A DNA stretch of 59,930 nucleotides, filler included. It is 7 parts of 7 records of this genome, joined end to end, with 100 filler letters (N's around TTAATTAATTAA, not from the genome) between each part and the next. Parts side by side here need not be neighbours in the genome. Positions count along the whole stretch, not along the records: positions 1 to 8,427 come from SRR31156797_28901; positions 8,528 to 18,253 come from SRR31156797_28918; 5 more parts are not named here. One strand, 5' to 3'. Position numbers and translations under genes: made by a program. Numbering within the stretch: the first letter of the stretch is position 1; every line of letters begins with the position of its first letter. The notes beneath the pieces were generated by a model. It was not told the origin of the DNA and searched no databases. It saw only the letters and a program-made list of their open reading frames with translations. Below, piece after piece: positions 1-8,553 of the stretch.

Positions 1-30
1 AACTAATGATAATTAGGAATTATGAATATG
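1..30 (+). repeat. Left copy of a perfect 30-bp terminal inverted repeat (AACTAATGATAATTAGGAATTATGAATATG), containing an RBS and codons M-N-M of the SIR2-STAND gene
   Basis: Exact reverse complement of 8398-8427; internal dyad CTAAT-gata-ATTAG at 3-16; AGGA just upstream of the ATG at 22. Confidence 0.97.
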
Positions 31-3000
31 CATAATGACAATGAGCGCTTTTTAAACTTTTTACTTACTGATCTTAAAGGTCCTGTGACTTTATTTTTAG
101 GAGCAGGAAGTTCTATGGAAGGTATAGATCGTAATGGAGAACCTTTCCCAAGTTTTGAATATATACAAAAACAAATTATAAACCGTTATGGTAATGATAT
201 ACAAAAAGAAAAAGCAAATGATGAAAATCAAAAAAATGTTTTTGAAATATTCCTTGAGGTAAATAAAGAACTCAGATCAGGAAAGATGGTTAACAGCGTT
301 CTCCTTGAGTACCTAAAAGGAAAACCAGGTTATGCGCATTATCAACTTGCTGCTTCTGTTTTTTCCTTTAAAGATAGTTTATACTTAACTCTAACTCCTA
401 ACTATGACAACCTTTTTAATCATGCAGTTGATAGGCTTTCATGCCACTCAAATAGCATTTTTCAATCATACACACCAGAAATCATCGAAGACAAAGACAT
501 TTCAAGTATAGTAAGAGAATATCCTATTATTATTAAGCTTTTTGGAGATTTAGGAGTTCATGAAAATTTATTTGATCCAAGGGAGCTTGATTGGCAAATA
601 TACAACCTTACAAAGCATGAATACTTTAAATCAAGCTTAAAATATCCAATATTGTTCATTGGATATTCATTTAGTGATAGACTATACGAAGACTTATTTG
701 GCGCTGATGGCAATACCGTGTATATCGTAAATCCTAATGAAATAAAGCTTGAAACTAAACGAAAGTGTATGCAGTTTTTTGGTACTTTTGGTGAATTCAT
801 GGGCGCTTTCCTTGATAAGTTAGAAGAAGATCATATTGATATTTTCGAAAATGTGAAAAACCTGCTATCTAAAATTGACCCAAATGATAAATTTCATCGT
901 TTAGCAGAAGTTATCCCTATAATGTTATCAATGAACAAGCGTGGAAAAGGTATTGTGGAGGATCGTTTTTTAATAAAAAAAGGAGATCAAGCTAGAAAAA
1001 AGTTTCTAATTACTCGTAAGGAAGCTACAAAATGGGTAGAAGAATTTTGTAAGTCAGACTTTCCTCTTATGCTTATTCTTGGAGAGTCAGGATTTGGCAA
1101 AAGTTGCTTTTTATATAACATATCCAATAAGCAAGATGATAATACGATAGTTTCTTTTTTTGCAGGCTCTGCACTTATTAATACTAGCGGGCTTTTGGGA
1201 AGAATTTGTCAGGAGTTTGGTAGTAATATTGACCATGCAAAGAGTCTTTTTAGTCACATAGATAAGTTATTAGGTAAAGAGCCCCAAAAGAAGCAGTGGT
1301 TGATTATTGTTGATGGAATCAACGAATCCCCTGACTATCACTATTTATTTGAAGATATTATAAAAATAGGGGAATGGAATTTTCCTAATATTAAGGTTCT
1401 TTATTCATGTCGTGCTATTTCATGGGAAAACAATTACTTGGCTAACGATTGCTTGAGAAACATGCATTTTTCTGGCTGGTCATGCATTATTGAAAACTTT
1501 ACTTCAGAAGAGAGAGAATTAGCATATGAGAGCTATCGCAGTATATTAGATATTCCTACCGCATATGATGATATTGATGATAGTGTTAAGCAGCATATGA
1601 CTAACCCTCTGATGATGAGAATGATAGTTTTAAGCTACCCTGGTGAGAAATTAATGGAATATGTCCCTAACACTGCGGTATTTGACAACTATTGGAAATT
1701 CCTAGAAGATAAATCAAAAAAAGACAATAACTCCCTAGATATGAACGTATTGCTGTCGCTTGCAAAATATAAAATTGCTCATTTTGCCGCAAGTAATATA
1801 AATAACAGTGATTTATTCTATTTGCGTGACCATCTTGGGGATCTACTGATAAATGAAAAGAATATTCTACCTTGGCAAGATGAGGGAGTTCTAGTTTGGG
1901 TCGATAATAAAGAAAAAAGCTTTCGATTTAGTTTTGATCGTTTTTATGAATATATACTTTCTCTGATTCTAATAGATGATTTTCGCAATAATAAGATAAA
2001 TAATCCTGTAACATGGGTTAATCTAACTCTTAAAGAATATAGTGAACAGCAGGCTCATTTCTCTTATACAGAAGCCCTTAAAGTGTTTTTGATTCATCAA
2101 GGATTGCAAAAACGTGACTTAGACTTACAAAGTTTAATAAATCAAATATCTGAAGGTACTTATCGTAATTTCGCAATACAGGTGCTTAGAGAACTTATAT
2201 TCGAAACTGATCAACCCGTTATGGAGGCTTTTGATAGTGTTATCTCGGTTGCACCTGAGGAGAACATAGATATTTACAAGGAAGCACAACTTACTATTGC
2301 TGCTAACTCATCTAAAATAATTGTTTCTGCTATCAGAGGCATCTTCAGTGGAGATGATAAACTTGCCCATAGGTGTATTCAGCTTCTTTGTACACTTTCA
2401 CCAGAAGATAAAAATGTTTTTACTGAGGATGTAAGAGCTTTTTTGGCAGACCTAGACTCCCTTAGTGAAAACTCTTCAAAGGGTTTCTTATATTTATATG
2501 TATTATATTTTTGCTGGCAGTTAAGATGTAATTCGACGATAGATTTATCCGATGTAAGTAGGGATTATTTTGACCTGATACAAACGTTTTCAAATCACAA
2601 AGATACTCTTATGAGTAGCTTCGTAAATCTTATTAAGCGCTGGGGATCACATTTTTTTAGTACGACAAGCCGTGGGAGTGAAGACCCTTTAAATTATCCG
2701 TGGAAACGCATGGGTACTCCTGAGCGAGCTTATGCACTAAGACTTAGTAAAGCTATAGGTAAGGAGTTTTCAGCATTAAATTCAGATGATATTGAAGCCA
2801 TAAGATTTTTTAGCTTAGAAACTCCAAAAGTTGATGAAATTACAAGCCCTAGACCTAGCGGTATTCCTCATAAATACCCAATCGAATCTATGTTAGGGCA
2901 ATGGGTATTAATTCGTCATGGGAAATCAAACTTCAATGAGATCATCAAAATGCTTGATGTGTTTATGAAAACACAAGATTTCTGCACTAGTGACTATTGC

Positions 3001-3702
3001 ATATGTATCCTTAGTGAGATCTTGAATTTTCATTATCAACCTTGTGATATTGAATATGGACAAGGATTCCAACAGCTTGTGAAGTGGGTTGATTACTTTT
3101 GTGAGAATGATGATTTCTTCTTTGATGTACTAAACAGACAGGATCCGTATAGCGATACGTATAATCCCCTGTGCAACACCGCTTCTATATTCGGAAAGCT
3201 TAATCCGGATAAGCCTAGTAATCAATACTTAGATAAATGGACAAACTCTGAAGATATTAGAAGAAAAAAACTTGGGCTATTTGCTGCTAGAAGACTATGG
3301 AGGAGATACGGAATACAGGTTCTGAACTCTGTTAGCTGTCTCTTTGATATTGATGAAAAGGACACCTATATTTGGTTAAATTACCTAATGAAAGAAGTGT
3401 CTTTGATAAATAGGAACCTTTTTGAACAGTACAGGGCTACGTTGAACTTGTCCGCAGAGAGATTACAGGAAATAGAAAGTACAAAAACCGTTTTAGCAAG
3501 TACAGAAAACTATAGTATTGAGCCAGTTTTAAGTTTACTTTTTAACTCTGGACTTAGTAATGTCAGAATAATTCAAGAGTGGCACAGCACGATCTACTCT
3601 TGTGATTCCCTAGATGATTTTTTGAAAAAACTATCAACACATTTGTATGAGTGGCAAAAAGACGAGTATCTAAATAGTAATTCTACCTTCTGCAACCCAT
3701 AA
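22..3702 (+). CDS. SIR2-like domain + STAND/NACHT-like NTPase + long helical C-terminal region; putative Avs/NLR-like anti-phage protein
   Basis: N-terminal LFLGAGSS, TPNYD, KLFGD and LFIGYSFSD (SIR2_2-like motifs); Walker A GESGFGKS at 1081-1104; Walker B WLIIVDGINE; NPLMMRM and FSFDRFYEY typical of STAND NTPases; 1226 aa. Confidence 0.8.
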   Translation: MNMHNDNERFLNFLLTDLKGPVTLFLGAGSSMEGIDRNGEPFPSFEYIQKQIINRYGNDIQKEKANDENQKNVFEIFLEVNKELRSGKMVNSVLLEYLKGKPGYAHYQLAASVFSFKDSLYLTLTPNYDNLFNHAVDRLSCHSNSIFQSYTPEIIEDKDISSIVREYPIIIKLFGDLGVHENLFDPRELDWQIYNLTKHEYFKSSLKYPILFIGYSFSDRLYEDLFGADGNTVYIVNPNEIKLETKRKCMQFFGTFGEFMGAFLDKLEEDHIDIFENVKNLLSKIDPNDKFHRLAEVIPIMLSMNKRGKGIVEDRFLIKKGDQARKKFLITRKEATKWVEEFCKSDFPLMLILGESGFGKSCFLYNISNKQDDNTIVSFFAGSALINTSGLLGRICQEFGSNIDHAKSLFSHIDKLLGKEPQKKQWLIIVDGINESPDYHYLFEDIIKIGEWNFPNIKVLYSCRAISWENNYLANDCLRNMHFSGWSCIIENFTSEERELAYESYRSILDIPTAYDDIDDSVKQHMTNPLMMRMIVLSYPGEKLMEYVPNTAVFDNYWKFLEDKSKKDNNSLDMNVLLSLAKYKIAHFAASNINNSDLFYLRDHLGDLLINEKNILPWQDEGVLVWVDNKEKSFRFSFDRFYEYILSLILIDDFRNNKINNPVTWVNLTLKEYSEQQAHFSYTEALKVFLIHQGLQKRDLDLQSLINQISEGTYRNFAIQVLRELIFETDQPVMEAFDSVISVAPEENIDIYKEAQLTIAANSSKIIVSAIRGIFSGDDKLAHRCIQLLCTLSPEDKNVFTEDVRAFLADLDSLSENSSKGFLYLYVLYFCWQLRCNSTIDLSDVSRDYFDLIQTFSNHKDTLMSSFVNLIKRWGSHFFSTTSRGSEDPLNYPWKRMGTPERAYALRLSKAIGKEFSALNSDDIEAIRFFSLETPKVDEITSPRPSGIPHKYPIESMLGQWVLIRHGKSNFNEIIKMLDVFMKTQDFCTSDYCICILSEILNFHYQPCDIEYGQGFQQLVKWVDYFCENDDFFFDVLNRQDPYSDTYNPLCNTASIFGKLNPDKPSNQYLDKWTNSEDIRRKKLGLFAARRLWRRYGIQVLNSVSCLFDIDEKDTYIWLNYLMKEVSLINRNLFEQYRATLNLSAERLQEIESTKTVLASTENYSIEPVLSLLFNSGLSNVRIIQEWHSTIYSCDSLDDFLKKLSTHLYEWQKDEYLNSNSTFCNP

Positions 3703-4605
3703 GTGATCATTAGCCCATCTTTTTTTATAAGCCTCTTCGCCTTTACCTAGGTCAAGGATAGGAATTCTTTTTTTTAGGCAATATCTTATTTGCATCATAA
3801 GCATAATTGAGCCTGGAGAATAGCTCTCAAAATTCTTATCATAGACTGTGTAGCATGTTTGAAATACATGAGATGACACACTGCCCATATGTAGTGCAAT
3901 TGGGCGCTCATCAGCAAAAAGCCCTGATAATATTCCACGACAAGAAATCTCTTGTGTATTTAATAGTTCATGCAGGAATGGTCTGACCCAAGGGGTAGCA
4001 AAATCATCCTTAACCTTATTCTCCTTAAATTGGTGACTTTTTAACTCTATCAATAAATCTAATATTTCCTTAGATTTTATAGATTGTTTAAAAACAACAT
4101 TATCGAAGTCCCTCTTTAGTCTACGCAACTTATTTTCAACCTCATGCCAAACCTTGCTCCCTTTTCGGCGCAGATCCCACCTATAATTCATCTCTCCTTT
4201 TGCAAGATTAATCAAACTTACTTTATGCCATGATAAATTAAGCGGCTTTATCTGTAACTCTGCCACTAAGTGATCAAAAACAAATTCTTTTATTTTAAGG
4301 TTATTTAGAAAACTCAAGTAGTCAGCTTTAGAATTATAGTTAAAAACAGGTCCATGGTAGTCACTGACTCCTAGTGCTATAGCTTCACACTTTCCGTCTG
4401 GGCAAGCGTGGAAAGGCATTACAGCCATAAGTTTCTGCTTATCCCAAAGCATTCCTACTTTAGTTGATGAATACGGAGCCAAAGCCTTTGTAAACCAAGG
4501 TGAGAAATTAGGATTGCGATATATTGGTGACTCAGTAAGCAACTGATCCCAAGCAACTAGCTTGTCATGCCCCAGTTCTAAAGCATCCCAAAGCTCATAT
4601 TTCAT
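3670..4605 (-). CDS. GNAT-family acyltransferase (CelD/BcsL-like, Acetyltransf_6 type)
   Basis: Motifs SDYHGP, YSPGSIM and LDLGKGEEAYKKRW; ATGA overlap with the upstream radical SAM gene. Confidence 0.8.
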   Translation of the reverse strand: MKYELWDALELGHDKLVAWDQLLTESPIYRNPNFSPWFTKALAPYSSTKVGMLWDKQKLMAVMPFHACPDGKCEAIALGVSDYHGPVFNYNSKADYLSFLNNLKIKEFVFDHLVAELQIKPLNLSWHKVSLINLAKGEMNYRWDLRRKGSKVWHEVENKLRRLKRDFDNVVFKQSIKSKEILDLLIELKSHQFKENKVKDDFATPWVRPFLHELLNTQEISCRGILSGLFADERPIALHMGSVSSHVFQTCYTVYDKNFESYSPGSIMLMMQIRYCLKKRIPILDLGKGEEAYKKRWANDHLWVAEGRITI

Positions 4606-5309
4606 ACAGTTCTCGCTTTAACATAATCTGAGCCATCACAGCGGGAGCATAGTAAACATGCTTCTTCTCTACTACCAGTCTTAAGAAGTTCTCTATACTT
4701 CTTAAAATTGCGACTTCCCCATATTTCCGGTATACTTTGTTTACTAATGTCACCCATTACATATTCACGGCCATAGTCCTGTACACACAAATACACTTCT
4801 CCGGTGTAGCCTATTATCAGCATCTCAGAAGGTGCGTAGCACGGTAGTTTTAAAGGTTTCTCAACAGCAGAAAGCCAACCTGCACGGGAACTGATCTCTA
4901 AGTCCTCAGGTTGTTTTAAAATAATCTTGGGATGTGGCTCAAAACCAATCCCTGAATGATCAGTCACAACCATTTGACTTATTCCAGAGCTGAATAAGTG
5001 TTGAGTTCGCCCATCTTCTAATAGGGTGCCGTTGCTATATAAGACTAGCTCAGCATCCGGTAGTTTTCGCTTTGCTAATTCCACTAAAGTATCCAAATCA
5101 TCTCTAAGGGTGGGCTCATTATAGCGATGAAAAGTAAGCATTCCTTTAAAATCTATTTTTTTTAACTCATTTAATACGTGATTGAAAAGTTCGTAAGTCA
5201 TATATTGATCTTCTTCAGGAGGATATTTAGATACAGGACAATACTTACATCTTAAATTGCAATCAACATTAACTTCAATTTCAATATGTAATATGCCTAT
5301 TGAGCACAT
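4602..5309 (-). CDS. Radical SAM/SPASM(twitch) enzyme, BtrN-like cyclitol dehydrogenase (copy 2)
   Basis: CNLRCKYC (CxxxCxxC), FHRYNEP, SNG, C-terminal CYAP...LCVQD...CSRC auxiliary-cluster cysteines; paralogue of 5297-6019. Confidence 0.85.
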   Translation of the reverse strand: MCSIGILHIEIEVNVDCNLRCKYCPVSKYPPEEDQYMTYELFNHVLNELKKIDFKGMLTFHRYNEPTLRDDLDTLVELAKRKLPDAELVLYSNGTLLEDGRTQHLFSSGISQMVVTDHSGIGFEPHPKIILKQPEDLEISSRAGWLSAVEKPLKLPCYAPSEMLIIGYTGEVYLCVQDYGREYVMGDISKQSIPEIWGSRNFKKYRELLKTGSREEACLLCSRCDGSDYVKARTV

Positions 5310-6019
5310 GTTATCTCTTTTGTTAATCCTGCAACCGGATAATCAATATTGTCACACAAGGCACAGAGATTCTTGATCTTGTTTCGTTTGCCGCTTGCTA
5401 ATAATTGCCTGGCTTCACTAAATGACTTACTAAACCATATTTCTTGTATGGTGCTATTCTGAAGGTTCCCCATTACTACTTTTTTCTTTGCATCTTCAAA
5501 ACAAAGCAAAACTTCACCATGGCAATTGATAATAAGCATCTCCATTGGAGCATAACACGGTATGTCAATTGGATGATTTAATTTATTAAGAAGTCCCCCT
5601 CTGTTTGTTAATTTAAGATTATTTTTAGTTAGCAATATCTGATTTTTACGCTTTGGGAATATTGCATCTTCATGAAGGGTAACAATAAACTGGTAAATGC
5701 CTGCATCCATCAAACTGCGATAGCGTTCATCTGTCAGTAGTGTACCGTTTGTAAACAATACTGGAACTGCCTTTGGAAGTATCTCTTTAACTTTTTGCAC
5801 AAAAAGTTCTAACTCTTCATGCAACAGTGGCTCATTATATAAATGAAATGAGAAGCGTCCATCAAACTTCATCTCTGCCAGCTGATTTAATATCTGATCA
5901 AATAAATCAGGGTCAATAAACTTTTCTTCTCTTTGCGGTAAAAAAAAGTTGGGACAATAAGGACACTTTAAATTACAAAGGCTATTAATCTCAACTTCTA
6001 CAACTATTGGAGCCTGCAT
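5297..6019 (-). CDS. Radical SAM/SPASM(twitch) enzyme, BtrN-like cyclitol dehydrogenase (copy 1)
   Basis: EVEINSLCNLKCPYCPN, GRFSFHLYNEPLL, TNG, NRGGLL, LCFED..KVVMGN, LCALC; size and motifs match butirosin BtrN as recalled. Confidence 0.85.
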   Translation of the reverse strand: MQAPIVVEVEINSLCNLKCPYCPNFFLPQREEKFIDPDLFDQILNQLAEMKFDGRFSFHLYNEPLLHEELELFVQKVKEILPKAVPVLFTNGTLLTDERYRSLMDAGIYQFIVTLHEDAIFPKRKNQILLTKNNLKLTNRGGLLNKLNHPIDIPCYAPMEMLIINCHGEVLLCFEDAKKKVVMGNLQNSTIQEIWFSKSFSEARQLLASGKRNKIKNLCALCDNIDYPVAGLTKEITCAQ

Positions 6020-8406
6020 TAAATAACACTCTCTATAGCATCTTCTATACGGTTCATATGCTCCTTATTTCCTAAAAACATACGGTGCGGAAAAGTTATC
6101 GTATTGTTTACAAAGTTCTCTACTACCGGCAAGTGAACATTACATTCGCGGAGTATATTGTTAATATGATCTTGTGGAAACCTGTTGCAAAACTGAGGCT
6201 TATATAAGCGGTGACGATATATAGGTAAATCAAAAGAAAATATTCGAACGCCGAGCATACTGGTAAGCTGCTCTGCAATTTTATTTACTTTTTCTTCAGA
6301 GAGGACTGGTAGGCTGACAGCATACTCATATATAGATGCCTTTATGTTATAATCATACTTAAAGTAAGTCTTGACATCTGGTAGCTTATTTAAGGATTCG
6401 TTAAGACTTAGGGCATTGCTAGCTCTTAATTTATTATCATCCATCAGATTTTCTAGTCCTGTACGCAATAACTTGCTTTGTATTTCACTAAGGCAATAGT
6501 TAAAACCTTGCTTTGTGCCTTTTTCTGCCAAATGAAAAGAGTACTGTTCTTGTACTGAGTTCCAGACTCTCCCGTCAGCTCGTAATTCTTGAAGAGTCTC
6601 ATAGTCTTCAAGATCATTACACAATACAACTCCACCTTCACCTGATGTCAGAACTTTTGTTTGCTGCATACTGAACGTTGAAAAACGACCGAAGGAGCCA
6701 ACTTTCCGCCCATTATATGTAGCGCCATGAGCTTGTGAACAATCTTCAATAAGCGGAATATTATATTTTTTAGAAAGCTTTATAAAACGATCAATATCTG
6801 CAACTGAACATAATGAGTGAACAATAATGATCGCTTTAACATTTTTATCAATTTTAGCTTCGGCCTCTTCAGGGCACATACACAGATTACTTGGATCTAA
6901 ATCACAAAAGACAGGGATGCCTCCTATTGATAACACAGATGAAGCACATGCGACCCATGGCGATGGCGGAACTAGTACTTTATTACCAAAGCATACTCCC
7001 GAAGCTTCCAGTGCTATTGATAACGCAGCAGAACCAGTTGAACAGGCAACCCCATATTTCATACCAATAAAGTCAGAAAACTCTTTGCAAAACAATTCTT
7101 CTTCAGTGTTGTTTTGTAAACGTTCACCACTTATTGCCATAGTGCCTACATCTAATATTTCTTCTAAAGCAGAACTTGGCAAACGATTTTGTTGTGGCCA
7201 TTTTGGCCAACCCCAGATATCGTTTATAACCTTTTTGTCACTACCAGTTTTTTGGTCTTTAAGTTTTTCAGCCCAGTTAAAAAGTCTTGCATACTGTATA
7301 TCAATATCATGTACTCTCTCCTGCCCGCTATTAGTCAAAGGAGTTTTATAAAAGTAGCCTAAACTGTCTAGTAATCCCTTGAAGCCTGCTGATTCTGCTT
7401 GAAAAATTAATCTTGCTAAATCTAAGACTGCAGGAGCAGCTAAAATTGAGTCCCACCCAAGCCAATTTAGTTTTAGCTGCATCTTTTGATTAAACATGCC
7501 AGAAAAGTCTATATTGTCCCATGCTTCCTTTGCATCGCCACGTGGCGGATAATAATGAATATTGACCTGATGGCTATATGAGCTGAGTTCATTTCCAGGA
7601 TCATAACCTAAAATTTCTGATAAACATTCACGTTTTGAATTAATCTTAGTTGCTACATTAGAGCTGTCTGAAAGTGTTAATCCATCACCGTTGCCTAGTA
7701 TGTTGGTACTGAACCAACCATCTATTTTAAAGTTTTTATCTCTGAATGCAGGTGCTAATAATGTTTTTAAAAAAGTTTGACCTGTTTTACCATCTCGTCC
7801 AGAGTAAATGGTCCCTTTTTTTAAAGACAAAGAGGCTAACGGTTCAATTTCACAGCAGTTAGGTGTGAAATTTATGAAATGTGCCCCAGACTCTATAGCA
7901 AAACGAAAATACAATCGTCCAGGAGTCACAGATGTATCCTGCCAGGACAAGTTATCAATATTTTCCCAATCAACATAATTTTCAATTACTTCAGGTTCAG
8001 TTGGGCAAAGATTAATAACCACTACACTCGTGATATTATTTTTATCTCTAAATTCATCAAGCCAGGAGAGTTCAATATTAAACCATTCTTTAATGTTAGT
8101 TATATTTGCTATAAGGCCATTTCGAAGCGGAATACTTTTAAGCTGACTTTCTGATAAGGATACTATTTTATCTGGAACACAGGCGTGATGTTTAACACTA
8201 CTCAAGACGTCTGTTTTGTTGACATCCCATCCTGTAATAGCTAGATCATCAAAATCATCAAAAGGAAGATTAAGTTTATTGAATTTTGGAGAATTGGTAA
8301 CCATACCCAGTTTGGCACTATTAGTGCCTCCATATGCAAGAGCGGTGGCTAAAGTGCTGCCAATTGCTCCTCCAAGTCCTGCTACTAAAAGTAATTTCAT
8401 ATTCAT
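6019..8406 (-). CDS. Fusion: myo-inositol-1-phosphate synthase (N-terminal) + DegT/DnrJ PLP aminotransferase of the BtrR/StsC inosose-aminotransferase type (C-terminal)
   Basis: Ino1 motifs GRDGKTGQT, NILGNGDG, YYPPRGDAKEAWD and DSILAAP; aminotransferase motifs WPKWPQ, IEDCSQAHG, FSMQQTKVLTSGEGG (PLP Lys), QELRADGR and QGFNYCLSE; single uninterrupted 795-aa ORF. Confidence 0.9.
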   Translation of the reverse strand: MNMKLLLVAGLGGAIGSTLATALAYGGTNSAKLGMVTNSPKFNKLNLPFDDFDDLAITGWDVNKTDVLSSVKHHACVPDKIVSLSESQLKSIPLRNGLIANITNIKEWFNIELSWLDEFRDKNNITSVVVINLCPTEPEVIENYVDWENIDNLSWQDTSVTPGRLYFRFAIESGAHFINFTPNCCEIEPLASLSLKKGTIYSGRDGKTGQTFLKTLLAPAFRDKNFKIDGWFSTNILGNGDGLTLSDSSNVATKINSKRECLSEILGYDPGNELSSYSHQVNIHYYPPRGDAKEAWDNIDFSGMFNQKMQLKLNWLGWDSILAAPAVLDLARLIFQAESAGFKGLLDSLGYFYKTPLTNSGQERVHDIDIQYARLFNWAEKLKDQKTGSDKKVINDIWGWPKWPQQNRLPSSALEEILDVGTMAISGERLQNNTEEELFCKEFSDFIGMKYGVACSTGSAALSIALEASGVCFGNKVLVPPSPWVACASSVLSIGGIPVFCDLDPSNLCMCPEEAEAKIDKNVKAIIIVHSLCSVADIDRFIKLSKKYNIPLIEDCSQAHGATYNGRKVGSFGRFSTFSMQQTKVLTSGEGGVVLCNDLEDYETLQELRADGRVWNSVQEQYSFHLAEKGTKQGFNYCLSEIQSKLLRTGLENLMDDNKLRASNALSLNESLNKLPDVKTYFKYDYNIKASIYEYAVSLPVLSEEKVNKIAEQLTSMLGVRIFSFDLPIYRHRLYKPQFCNRFPQDHINNILRECNVHLPVVENFVNNTITFPHRMFLGNKEHMNRIEDAIESVI

Positions 8407-8427
8407 AATTCCTAATTATCATTAGTT
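8398..8427 (-). repeat. Right copy of the 30-bp terminal inverted repeat, containing the RBS and codons M-N-M of the Ino1-aminotransferase gene
   Basis: CATATTCATAATTCCTAATTATCATTAGTT is the reverse complement of 1-30 and ends exactly at the contig edge. Confidence 0.97.
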
Positions 8428-8527
8428 NNNNNNNNNNNNNNNNNNNNNNNNNNNNNNNNNNNNNNNNNNNNTTAATTAATTAANNNNNNNNNNNNNNNNN
8501 NNNNNNNNNNNNNNNNNNNNNNNNNNN
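8428..8527. other. Artificial contig spacer (N run with TTAATTAATTAA six-frame stop)
   Basis: Identical 100-bp design repeated six times in the window. Confidence 0.99.
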
Positions 8528-8553
8528 GGAGCCTAATCTAATACGGTGGACAG

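Noticed and set aside
31-8397. Internal copies of the 30-bp repeat (multi-segment shufflon) or a transposase making contig 1 a classical transposon
   Set aside because: I noticed only a short chance match (AATTAGGA near 4506) and no transposase or recombinase ORF; the repeat overlaps start codons, unlike typical IS ends.
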